Source: Eledone cirrhosa
Taxonomy: Eukaryota
NCBI GenBank assembly: GCA_964016885.1
Contig: OZ024741.1
Location: 255,254,001-255,318,000 of the forward strand
Reading direction: 5' to 3'
Length of the DNA stretch: 64,000 nucleotides
Each line of letters starts with the position of its first letter. Positions within the stretch are counted from its first letter, which is position 1. Position numbers and translations under genes: made by a program. The notes under the pieces were generated by a model, which saw only the letters and a program-made list of their open reading frames with translations, did no database searches and was not told the DNA's origin. Positions 47,918-59,500 of this stretch are shown piece by piece.

Positions 47918-50900
47918 GCTGTTTTCTGTGTCAGTGCCACTGTTGTTGTTGCTGTTTTCTGTGTCAGTGCCAGTGTTGTTGTTGTTGCTGTTTTCTCTGT
48001 CAGTGCCAGTGTTGTTGTTGCTGTTTTCTCTGTCAGTGCCAGAGTTGTTGTTGCTGTTTTCTGTGTCAGTGCCATTGTTATTGCTGTTGTTGCTGTTTTC
48101 TCTGTCAGTGCCAGTGTTGTTGTTGCTGTTGTTGCTGTTGCTGTTTTCTCTGTCAGTGCCAGTGTTGTTGTAGTTGTTGCTGTTTTCTCTGTCAGTGCCA
48201 GTGTTGTAGTTGTTGCTGTTTTCTGTGTCAGTGCCAGTGTTGTTGTTGTTGCTGTTTTCTCTGTCAGTGCCAGTGTTGTTGTAGTTGTTGCTGATGTCTC
48301 TGTCAGTGCCAGTGTTGTTGTAGTTGTTGCTGTTTTCTGTGTCAGTGCCAGTGTTGTTGTTGTTGCTGTTTTCTCTGTCAGTGCCAGTGTTGTTGTAGTT
48401 GTTGCTGTTTTCTGTGTCAGTGCCATTGTTGTTGTAGTTGTTGCCGTTTTCTCTGTCAGTGCCAGTGTTGTTGTAGTTGTTGCTGTTTTCTGTGTCAGTG
48501 CCAGTGTTGTTGTTGCTGTTTTCTCTGTCAGTGCCAGTGTTGTTGTAGTTGTTGCTGTTTTCTCTGTCAGTGCCAGTTTTGTTGTAGTTTTTGCTGTTTT
48601 CTGTGTCAGTGCCAGTGTTGTTGTAGTTGTTGCTGTTTTCTTTGTCAGTGGCAGTGTTGTTGTTGTTGCTGTTTTCTCTGTCAGTGCCAGTGTTGTAGTT
48701 GTTGCTGTTTTCTCTGTCAGTGCCAGTGTTGTTGTTGTTGTTGCTGTTTTCTCTGTCAGTGCCAGTGTTGTTGTTGTTGCTATTTTCACTGTCAGTGCCA
48801 GTGTTGTTGTTGTTGCTATTTTCACTGTCAGTGCCAGTGTTGATGTTGTTGCTATTTTCACTGTCAGTGCCAGTGTTGTTGTTGTTACTGTTGCTGTTTT
48901 CTGTGTCAGTGCCAGTGTAGTTGTTGTTACTGTTGCTGTTTCCTGTGCCACTGCCAGTGTTATTGTTGCTGTTGTTGCTGTGTTGTCTGTCAGTGCCAGT
49001 GTTGTAGTTGTTGCTGTTTTCTCTGTCAGTGCCAGTGTTGTTGTAGTTGTTGCTGTTTTATGTGTCAGTGCCAGTGTTGTTGTTGTTGCTGTTTTCTGTG
49101 TCAGTGCCAGTGTTGTTGTTGTTGCTATTTTCACTGTTAGTGCCAGTGTTGTTGCTGTTGCTGTTTTCTCTGTCAGTGCCAGTGATGTTGTAGTTGTTGC
49201 TGTTTTCTGTGTTAGTGCCAGTGTTGTTGTAGTTGTTGCTGTTTTCTGTGTCAGTGCCAGTGTTGTTGCTGTTGCTGTTTTCTCTGTCAGTGCCAGTGTT
49301 GTTGTAGTTGTTGCTGCTTTCTCTCTCAGTGCCAGTGTTGTTGTAGTTGTTTCTGTTTTCTGTCTCAGTGCCAGTGTTGTTGTTGTTGCTGTTTTCTCTG
49401 TCAGTGCCAGTGTTGTTGTAGTTGTTGCTGTTTTCTGTGTAAGTGCCACTGTTGTTGTTGCTGTTTTCTGTGTCTGTGCCAGTGTTGTTGTTGTTGCTGT
49501 TTTCTCTGTCAGTGCCAGTGTTGTTGTTGCTGTTTTCTCTGTCAGTGTCAGTGTTGTTGTAGTTGTTGCTGTTTTCTGTGTCAGTGCCACTGTTGTTGTT
49601 GCTGTTTTCTGTGTCAGTGCCAGTGTTGTTGTTGCTGTTTTCTCTGTCAGTGCCAGAGTTGTTGTTGCTGTTTTCTGTGTCAGTGCCATTGTTATTGCTG
49701 TTGTTGCTGTTTTCTCTGTCAGTGCCAGTGTTGTTGTTGCTGTTGTTGCTGTTGCTGTTTTCTCTGTCAGTGCCAGTGTTGTTGTAGTTGTTGCTGTTTT
49801 CTCTGTCAGTGCCAGTGTTGTAGTTGTTGCTGTTTTCTGTGTCAGTGCCAGTGTTGTTGTTGTTGCTGTTTTCTCTGTCAGTGCCAGTGTTGTTGTAGTT
49901 GTTGCTGATGTCTCTGTCAGTGCCAGTGTTGTTGTAGTTGTTGCTGTTTTCTGTGTCAGTGCCAGTGTTGTTGTTGTTGCTGTTTTCTCTGTCAGTGCCA
50001 GTGTTGTTGTAGTTGTTGCTGTTTTCTGTGTCAGTGCCATTGTTGTTGTAGTTGTTGCCGTTTTCTCTGTCAGTGCCAGTGTTGTTGTAGTTGTTGCTGT
50101 TTTCTGTGTCAGTGCCAGTGTTGTTGTTGCTGTTTTCTCTGTCAGTGCCAGTGTTGTTGTAGTTGTTGCTGTTTTCTCTGTCAGTGCCAGTTTTGTTGTA
50201 GTTTTTGCTGTTTTCTGTGTCAGTGCCAGTGTTGTTGTAGTTGTTGCTGTTTTCTTTGTCAGTGGCAGTGTTGTTGTTGTTGCTGTTTTCTCTGTCAGTG
50301 CCAGTGTTGTAGTTGTTGCTGTTTTCTCTGTCAGTGCCAGTGTTGTTGTTGTTGTTGCTGTTTTCTCTGTCAGTGCCAGTGTTGTTGTTGTTGCTATTTT
50401 CACTGTCAGTGCCAGTGTTGTTGTTGTTGCTATTTTCACTGTCAGTGCCAGTGTTGATGTTGTTGCTATTTTCACTGTCAGTGCCAGTGTTGTTGTTGTT
50501 ACTGTTGCTCTTTTCTGTGTCAGTGCCAGTGTAGTTGTTGTTACTGTTGCTGTTTCCTGTGCCACTGCCAGTGTTATTGTTGCTGTTGTTGCTGTGTTGT
50601 CTGTCAGTGCCAGTGTTGTAGTTGTTGCTGTTTTCTCTGTCAGTGCCAGTGTTGTTGTAGTTGTTGCTGTTTTATGTGTCAGTGCCAGTGTTGTTGTTGT
50701 TGCTGTTTTCTGTGTCAGTGCCAGTGTTGTTGTTGTTGCTATTTTCACTGTTAGTGCCAGTGTTGTTGCTGTTGCTGTTTTCTCTGTCAGTGCCAGTGAT
50801 GTTGTAGTTGTTGCTGTTTTCTGTGTTAGTGCCAGTGTTGTTGTAGTTGTTGCTGTTTTCTGTGTCAGTGCCAGTGTTGTTGCTGTTGCTGTTTTCTCTG

Positions 50901-51180
50901 TCAGTGCCAGTGTTGTTGTAGTTGTTGCTGCTTTCTCTCTCAGTGCCAGTGTTGTTGTAGTTGTTTCTGTTTTCTGTCTCAGTGCCAGTGTTGTTGTTGT
51001 TGCTGTTTTCTCTGTCAGTGCCAGTGTTGTTGTAGTTGTTGCTGTTTTCTGTGTAAGTGCCACTGTTGTTGTTGCTGTTTTCTGTGTCTGTGCCAGTGTT
51101 GTTGTTGTTGCTGTTTTCTCTGTCAGTGCCAGTGTTGTTGTTGCTGTTTTCTCTGTCAGTGTCAGTGTTGTTGTAGTTGT
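47918..51180 (+). repeat. Paralogous internal tandem duplication, 1614-bp period (the 1650-bp duplication minus one 36-bp monomer)
   Basis: GCCAGAGTT at 48038 and 49652. ORF twins at 48699/50313 (+1614). Confidence 0.9.
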
Positions 51181-54100
51181 TGCTGTTTTTTGTGTCAGTG
51201 CCAGTGTTGTTAGAGTTGTTGCTGTTTTCTCTGTCAGTGCCAGTGTTGTTGTTGTTGTTGCTGTTTTCTCTGTCAGTGCCAGTGTTGTAGTTGTTGCTGT
51301 TTTCTCTGTCAGTGCCAGTGTTGTTGTAGTTGTTGCTGTTTTCTGTGTCAGTGCCAATGTTGTTGTTGTTGCTGTTTTCTGTGTCAGTGCCAGTGTTGTT
51401 GTTGTTGCTATTTTCACTGTCAGTGCCAGTGTTGTTGTAGTTGTTGCTGTTTTCTGTGTTAGTGCCAGTGTTGTTGTAGTTGTTGCTGCTTTCTGTGTTA
51501 GTGCCAGTGTTGTTGTAGTTGTTGCTGCTTTCTGTGTCAGTGCCAGTGTTGTTCCTGTTGCTGTTTTCTCTGGCAATGCCAGTGTTGTTGTAGTTGTTGC
51601 TGCTTTCTCTGTCAGTGCCAGTGTTGTTGTAGTTGTTGCTGTTTTCTGTGTCAGTGCCAGTGTTGTTGTAGTTGTTGCTGTTTTCTGTGTCAGTGCCAGT
51701 GTTGTTGTTGTTGATGTTTTCTCTGTCAGTGCCAGTGTTGTTGTAGTTGTTGCTGTTTTCTGTGTCAGTGCCACTGTTGTTGTTGCTGTTTTCTCTGTCA
51801 GTGTCAGTGTTGTTGCTGTTGCTATTTTCACTGTCGGTGCCAGTGTTGTTGTTGTTGCTGTTTTCTGTGTCAGTGCCAGTGTTGTTGTTGTTGCTGTTTT
51901 CTTTGTCAGTGCCAGTGTTGTTGTTGTTACTGTTGCTGTTTTCTGTGTCAGTTCCAGTGTTGCTGTTGCTGTTTTCTGTGCCAGTGCCAGTGTTATTGTT
52001 GCTGTTGTTGCTGTTTTCTGTGTCAGTGCCACGGTTGTTGTAGCTGTTGTTGCTGTTTTCTGTGTCAGTGCCAGTGTTGTTGTTGCTGTTTTCTGTGTCA
52101 GTGCCAGTGTTGTTGTTGCTGTTGTTGCTGTTTTCTGTGCCAGTGTTGTTGTAGTTGTTGCTGTTTTGTGTGTCAGTGCCGGTGTTGTTGTTGTTGCTGT
52201 TTTCTCTGTCAGTGCCAGTGTTGTTGTTGTTGCTGTTTTCTCTGTCAGTGCCAGTGTTGTTGTTGTTGCTGTTTTCTGTGTCAGTGCCAGTGTTGTTGTA
52301 GTTGTTGCTGTTTTCTGTGTCAGTGCCAGTGTTGTTGTAGTTGTTGCTGTTTTCTGTGTCAGTGCCAGTGTTGTTGTAGTTGTTGCTGTTTTCTCTGTCA
52401 GTGCCAGTGTTGTTGTAGTTGTTGCTGTTTTCTCTGTCAGTGCCAGTGTTGTTGTAGTTGTTGATGTTTTCTGTGTCAATGCCAGTGTTGTTGTTGTTGC
52501 TGTTTTCTCTGTCAGTGCCAGTGTTGTAGTTGTTGCTGTTTTCTCTGTCAGAGCCAGTGTTGTTGTAGTTGTTGCTGTTTTCTGTGTCAGTGCCAGTGTT
52601 GTTGCTGTTGTTGCTGTTTTCTGTGTTAGTGCCAGTGTTGTTGTTGTTGCTGTTTTCTCTGTCAGTGCCAGTGTTTTTGTTGTTGCTGTTTTCTGTGTCA
52701 GTGCCAGTGTTGTTCTAGTTGTTGCTGTTTTCTGTGTCAGTGCCAGTGTTGTTGTAGTTGTTGCTGTTTTCTCTGTCAGTGCCAGTGTTGTTGTAGATGT
52801 TGCTGTTTTCTCTGTCAGTGCCAGTGTTGTTGTAGTTGTTGCTGTTTTCTGTGTCAGTGCCAGTGTTGTTGTTGTTGCTGTTTTCTCTGTCAGTGCCAGT
52901 GATGTTGTAGTTGTTGCTGTTTTCTGTGTTAGTGCCACTGTTGTTGTTGCTGTTTTCTGTGTCGGTGCCAGTGTTGTTGTTGTTGCTGTTTTCTCTGTCA
53001 GTGCCAGTGTTGTTGTTGCTGTTTTCTCTGTCACTGCCAGTGTTGTTGTAGTTGTTGCTGTTTTCTGTGTCAGTGCCAGTGTTGTTGTTGTTGCTGTTTT
53101 CTCTGTCAGTGCCAGTGTTGTTGCTGTTGCTGTTTTCTCTGTCAGTGCCAGTGTTGTTGTAGTTGTTGCTGCTTTCTCTGTCAGTGCCAGTGTTGTTGTA
53201 GTTGTTGCTGTTTTCTGTGTCAGTGCCAGTGTTGTTGTTGTTGCTGTTTTCTCTGTCAGTGCCAGTGTTGTTGTAGTTGTTGCTGTTTTCTGTGTCAGTG
53301 CCACTGTTGTTGTTGCTGTTTTCTCTGTCAGTGCCAGTGTTGTTGTAGTTTTTGCTGTTTTCTGTGTCAGTGCCAGTGTTGTTGTTGCTGTTTTCTGTGT
53401 CAGTGCCAGTGTTGTTGTTGTTGCTGTTTTCTCTGTCAGTGCCAGTGTTGTTGCTGTTGCTATTTTCACTGTCAGTGCCAGTGTTGTTGTTGTTGCTGTT
53501 TTCTGTGTCAGTGCCAGTGTTGTTGTTGTTGCTGTTTTCTTTGTCAGTGCCAGTGTTGTTGTTGTTACTGTTGCTGTTTTCTGTGTCAGTGCCAGTGTTG
53601 TTGTAGTTGTTGCTGTTTTCTGTGCCAGTGCCAGTGTTATTGTTGCTGTTGTTGCTGTTTTCTGTGTCAGTGTCACGGTTGTTGCTGTTGTTGCTGTTTT
53701 CTGTGTCAGTGCCAGTGTTGTTGTTGCTGTTTTCTGTGTCAGTGCCAGTGTTGTTGTTGCTGTTGTTGCTGTTTTCTGTGCCAGTGTTGTTGTAGTTGTT
53801 GCTGTTTTCTGTGTCAGTGCCGGTGTTGTTGTTGTTGCTGTTTTCTCTGTCAGTGCCAGTGTTGTTGTTGTTGCTGTTTTCTCTGTCAGTGCCAGTGTTG
53901 TTGTTGTTGCTGTTTTCTGTGTCAGTGCCAGTGTTGTTGTAGTTGTTGCTGTTTTCTCTGTCAGTGCCAGTGTTGTTGTAGTTGTTGATGTTTTCTGTGT
54001 CAATGTCAGTGTTGTTGTTGTTGCTGTTTTCTCTGTCAGTGCCAGTGTTGTAGTTGTTGCTGTTTACTCTGTCAGTGCCAGTGTTGTTGTAGTTGTTGCT

Positions 54101-56599
54101 GTTTTCTGTGTCAGTGCCAGTGTTGTTGCTGTTGTTGCTGTTTTCTGTGTCAGTGCCAGTGTTGTTGTTGTTGCTGTTTTCTGTGTCAGTGCCAGTGTTG
54201 TTCTAGTTGTTGCTGTTTTCTGTGTCAGTGCCAGTGTTGTTGTAGTTGTTGCTGTTTTCTCTGTCAGTGCCAGTGTTGTAGTTGTTGCTGTTTTCTGTGT
54301 CAGTGCCAGTGTTGTTGTTGTTGCTGTTTTCTCTGTCAGTGCCAGTGTTGTTGTAGTTGTTGCTGTTTTCTCTGTCAGTGCCAGTGTTGTTGTAGTTGTT
54401 GCTGTTTTCTGTGTCAGTGCCGGTGTTGTTGTTGTTGCTGTTTTCTCTGTCAATGCCAGTGTTGTTGTTGTTGCTGTTTTCTCTCTCAGTGCCAGTGTTG
54501 TTGTTGTTGCTGTTTTCTGTGTCAGTGCCAGTGTTGTTGTTGTTGCTGTTTTCTGTGTCAGTGCCAGTGTTGTTGTAGTTGTTGCTGTTTTCTGTGCCAG
54601 TGTTGTTGTAGTTGTTGCTGTTTTCTGTGTCAGTGCCAGTGTTGTTGTAGTTGTTGCTGTTTTCTCTGTGAGTGCCAGTGTTGTTGTAGTTGTTGCTGTT
54701 TTCTCTGTCAGTGCCAGAGTTGTTGTAGTTGTTGCTGTTTTCTGTGTCAGTGCCAGTGTTGTTGTTGTTGCTGTTTTCTCTGTCTGTGCCAGTGTTGTTG
54801 TAGTTGTTGCTGTTTTCTGTGTCAGTGCCAGTGTTGTTGCTGTTGTTGCTGTTTTCTGTGTCAGTGCCAGTGTTGTTGTTGTTGCTGTTTTCTGTGTCAG
54901 TGCCAGTGTTGTTGTTGCTATTTTCACTGTCAGTGCCAGTGTTGTTGTAGCTGTTGCTGTTTTCTGTGTCAGTGCCAGTGTTGTTGTAGTTGTTGCTGTT
55001 TACTGTGTCAGTGCCAGTGTTGTTGTAGTTGTTGCTGTTTTCTCTGTCAGTGCCAGTGTTGTTGTAGTTGTTGCTGTTTTCTCTGTCAGTGCCAGTGTTG
55101 TTGTAGTTGTTGCTGTTTTCTGTGTCAGTGCCAGTGTTGTTGTTGTTGCTGTTTTCTCTGTCAGTGCCAGTGTTGTTGTAGTTGTTGCTGTTTTCTCTGT
55201 CAGTGCCAGTGTTGTTGTAGTTGTTGCTGTTTTTTGTGTCAGTGCCAGTGTTGTTGTAGTTGTTGCTGTTTTCTCTGTCAGTGCCAGTGTTGTTGTTGTT
55301 GTTGCTGTTTTCTCTGTCAGTGCCAGTGTTGTAGTTGTTGCTGTTTTCTCTGTCAGTGCCAGTGTTGTTGTAGTTGTTGCTGTTTTCTGTGTCAGTGCCA
55401 GTGTTGTTGTTGTTGCTGTTTTCTGTGTCAGTGCCAGTGTTGTTGTTGTTGCTATTTTCACTGTCAGTGCCAGTGTTGTTGCTGTTGCTGTATGCTCTGT
55501 CAGTGCCAGTGATGTTGTAGTTGTTGCTGTTTTCTGTGTTAGTGCCAGTGTTGTTGTAGTTGTTGCTGTTTTCTCTGTCAGTGCCAGTGTTGTTGTAGTT
55601 GTTGCTGTTTTCTGTGTCAGTGCCAGTGTTGTTGTTGTTGCTGTTTTCTCTGTCAGTGCCAGTGTTGTTGTAGTTGTTGCTGCTTTCTCTGTCAGTGCCA
55701 GTGTTGTTGTAGTTGTTGCTGTTATCTGTGTCAGTGTCAGTGTTGTTGTTGTTGCTGTTTTCTCTGTCAGTGCCAGTGTTGTTGTAGTTGTTGCTGTTTT
55801 CTGTGTCAGTGTCACTGTTGTTGTTGCTGTTTTCTCTGTCAGTGCCAGTGTTGTTGTAGTTTTTGCTGTTTTCTCTGTCAGTGCCAGTGTTGTTGTAGTT
55901 GTTGCTGTTTTCTCTGTCAGTGCCAGTGTTGTTGTAGTTGTTGCTGTTTTCTGTGTCAGTGCCAGTGTTGTTGTAGTTGTTGCTGTTTTCTCTGTCAGTG
56001 CCAGTGTTGTTGTAGTTGTTGCTGTTTTCTCTGTCAGTGCCAGTGTTGTTGTAGTTGTTGCTGTTTTCTGTGTCAATGCCAGTGTTGTTGTTGTTGCTGT
56101 TTTCTCTGTCAGTGCCAGTGTTGTAGTTGTTGCTGTTTTCTCTGTCAGTGCCAGTGTTGTTGTAGTTGTTGCTGTTTTCTGTGTCAGTGCCAGTGTTATT
56201 GCTGTTGTTGCTGTTTTCTGTGTCAGTGCCAGTGTTGTTGTTGTTGCTGTTTTCTCTGTCAGTGCCAGTGTTTTTGTTGTTGCTGTTTTCTGTGTCAGTG
56301 CCAGTGTTGTTCTAGTTGTTGCTGTTTTCTGTGTCAGTGCCAGTGTTGTTGTAGTTGTTGCTGTTTTCTCTGTCAGTGCCAGTGTTGTTGTAGTTGTTGC
56401 TGTTTTCTCTGTCAGTGCCAGTGTTGTTGTAGTTGTTGCTGTTTTCTGTGTCAGTGCCAGTGTTGTTGTTGTTGCTGTTTTCTCTGTCAGTGCCAGTGTT
56501 GTTGTAGTTATTGATGTTTTCTGTGTCAGTGCCACTGTTGTTGTTGCTGTTTTCTGTGTCAGTGCCAGTGTTGTTGTTGTTGCTGTTTTCTCTGTCAGT

Positions 56600-59500
56600 G
56601 CCAGTGTTGTTGTTGCTGTTTTCTCTGTCAGTGCCAGTGTTGTTGTTGCTGTTTTCTGTGTCAGTGCCATTGTTATTGCTGTTGTTGCTGTTTTCTCTGT
56701 CAGTGCCAGTGTTGTTGTTGCTGTTGCTGTTTTCTCTGTCAGTGCCAGTGTTGTTGTAGTTGTTGCTGTTTTCTGTGTCAGTGCCAGTGTTGTTGTTGTT
56801 GCTGTTTTCTCTGTCAGTGCCAGTGTTGTAGTTGTTGCTGTTTTCTGTGTCAGTGCCAGTGTTGTTGTTGTTGCTGTTTTCTCTGTCAGTGCCAGTGTTG
56901 TTGTAGTTGTTGCTGTTTTCTGTGTCAGTGCCAGTGTTGTTGTTGTTGCTGTTTTCTCTGTCAGTGCCAGTGTTGTTGTAGTTGTTGCTGTTTTCTGTGT
57001 CAGTGCCAGTGTTGTTGTAGTTGTTGCCGTTTTCTCTGTCAGTGCCAGTGTTGTTGTAGTTGTTGCTGTTTTCTGTGTCAGTGCCAGTGTTGTTGTTGCT
57101 GTTTTCTCTGTCAGTGCCAGTGTTGTTGTAGTTGTTGCTGTTTTCTCTGTCAGTGCCAGTTTTGTTGTAGTTTTTGCTGTTTTCTGTGTCAGTGCCAGTG
57201 TTGTTGTAGTTGTTGCTGTTTTCTTTGTCAGTGGCAGTGTTGTTGTTGTTGCTGTTTTCTCTGTCAGTGCCAGTGTTGTAGTTGTTGCTGTTTTCTCTGT
57301 CAGTGCCAGTGTTGTTGTTGTTGTTGCTGTTTTCTCTGTCAGTGCCAGTGTTGTTGTTGTTGCTATTTTCACTGTCAGTGCCAGTGTTGTTGTTGTTGCT
57401 ATTTTCACTGTCAGTGCCAGTGTTGTTGTTGTTGCTATTTTCACTGTCAGTGCCAGTGTTGTTGTTGTTACTGTTGCTGTTTTCTGTGTCAGTGCCAGTG
57501 TTGTTGTTGTTACTGTTGCTGTTTCCTGTGCCACTGCCAGTGTTATTGTTGCTGTTGTTGCTGTTTTGTCTGTCAGTGCCAGTGTTGTAGTTGTTGCTGT
57601 TTTCTCTGACACTGCCAGTGTTGTTGTAGTTGTTGCTGTTTTATGTGTCAGTGCCAGTGTTGTTGTTGTTGCTGTTTTCTGTGTCAGTGCCAGTGTTGTT
57701 GTTGTTGCTATTTTCACTGTCAGTGCCAGTGTTGTTGCTGTTGCTGTTTTCTCTGTCAGTGCCAGTGATGTTGTAGTTGTTGCTGTTTTCTGTGTTAGTG
57801 CCAGTGTTGTTGTAGTTGTTGCTGTTTTCTGTGTCAGTGCCAGTGTTGTTGCTGTTGCTGTTTTCTCTGTCAGTGCCAGTGTTGTTGTAGTTGTTGCTGT
57901 TTTCTGTTTCAGTGCCACTGTTGTTGTTGCTGTTTTCTGTGTCTGTGCCAGTGTTGTTGTTGTTGCTGTTTTCTCTGTCAGTGCCAGTGTTGTTGTTGTT
58001 TTCTCTGTCAGTGTCAGTGTTGTTGTAGTTGTTGCTGTTTTTTGTGTCAGTGCCAGTGTTGTTATAGTTGTTGCTGTTTTCTCTGTCAGTGCCAGTGTTG
58101 TTGTTGTTGTTGCTGTTTTCTCTGTCAGTGCCAGTGTTGTAGTTGTTGCTGTTTTCTCTGTCAGTGCCAGTGTTGTTGTAGTTGTTGCTGTTTTCTGTGT
58201 CAGTGCCAGTGTTGTTGTTGTTGCTGTTTTCTGTGTCAGTGCCAGTGTTGTTGTTGCTATTTTCACTGTCAGTGCCAGTGTTGTTGCTGTTGCTGTTTTC
58301 TCTGTCAGTGCCAGTGATGTTGTAGTTGTTGCTGTTTTCTGTGTTAGTGCCAGTGTTGTTGTAGTTGTTGCTGCTTTCTGTGTCAGTGCCAGTGTTGTTG
58401 CTGTTGCTGTTTTCTTTGTCAATGCCAGTGTTGTTGTAGTTGTTGCTGCTTTCTCTGTCAGTGCCAGTGTTGTTGTAGTTGTTGCTGTTTTCTGTGTCAG
58501 TGCCAGTGTTGTTGTAGTTGTTGCTGTTTTCTGTGTCAGTGCCAGTGTTGTTGTTGTTGATGTTTTCTCTGTCAGTGCCAGTGTTGTTGTAGTTGTTGCT
58601 GTTTTCTGTGTCAGTGCCACTGTTGTTGTTGCTGTTTTCTCTGTCAGTGCCAGTGTTGTTGCTGTTGCTATTTTCACTGTCAGTGCCAGTGTTGTTGTTG
58701 TTGCTGTTTTCTGTGTCAGTGCCAGTGTTGTTGTTGTTGCTGTTTTCTTTGTCAGTGCCAGTGTTGTTGTTGTTACTGTTGCTGTTTTCTGTGTCAGTTC
58801 CAGTGTTGCTGTTGCTGTTTTCTGTGCCAGTGCCAGTGTTATTGTTGCTGTTGTTGTTGTTTTCTGTGTCAGTGCCACGGTTGTTGTTGCTGTTGTTGCT
58901 GTTTTCTGTGTCAGTGTCAGTGTTGTTGTTGCTGTTTTCTGTGTCAGTGCCAGTGTTGTTGTTGCTGTTGTTGCTGTTTTCTGTGCCAGTGTTGTTGTAG
59001 TTGTTGCTGTTTTGTGTGTCAGTGCCGGTGTTGTTGTTGTTGCTGTTTTCTCTGTCAGTGCCAGTGTTGTTGTTGTTGCTGTTTTCTCTGTCAGTGCCAG
59101 TGTTGTTGTTGTTGCTGTTTTCTGTGTCAGTGCCAGTGTTGTTGTAGTTGTTGCTGTTTTCTGTGTCAGTGCCAGTGTTGTTGTAGTTGTTGCTGTTTTC
59201 TGTGTCAGTGCCAGTGTTGTTGTAGTTGTTGCTGTTTTCTCTGTCAGTGCCAGTGTTGTTGTAGTTGTTGCTGTTTTCTCTGTCAGTGCCAGTGTTGTTG
59301 TAGTTGTTGATGTTTTCTGTGTCAATGCCAGTGTTGTTGTTGTTGCTGTTTTCTCTGTCAGTGCCAGTGTTGTAGTTGTTGCTGTTTTCTCTGTCAGTGC
59401 CAGTGTTGTTGTAGTTGTTGCTGTTTTCTGTGTCAGTGCCAGTGTTGTTGCTGTTGTTGCTGTTTTCTGTGTCAGTGCCAGTGTTGTTGTTGTTGCTGTT

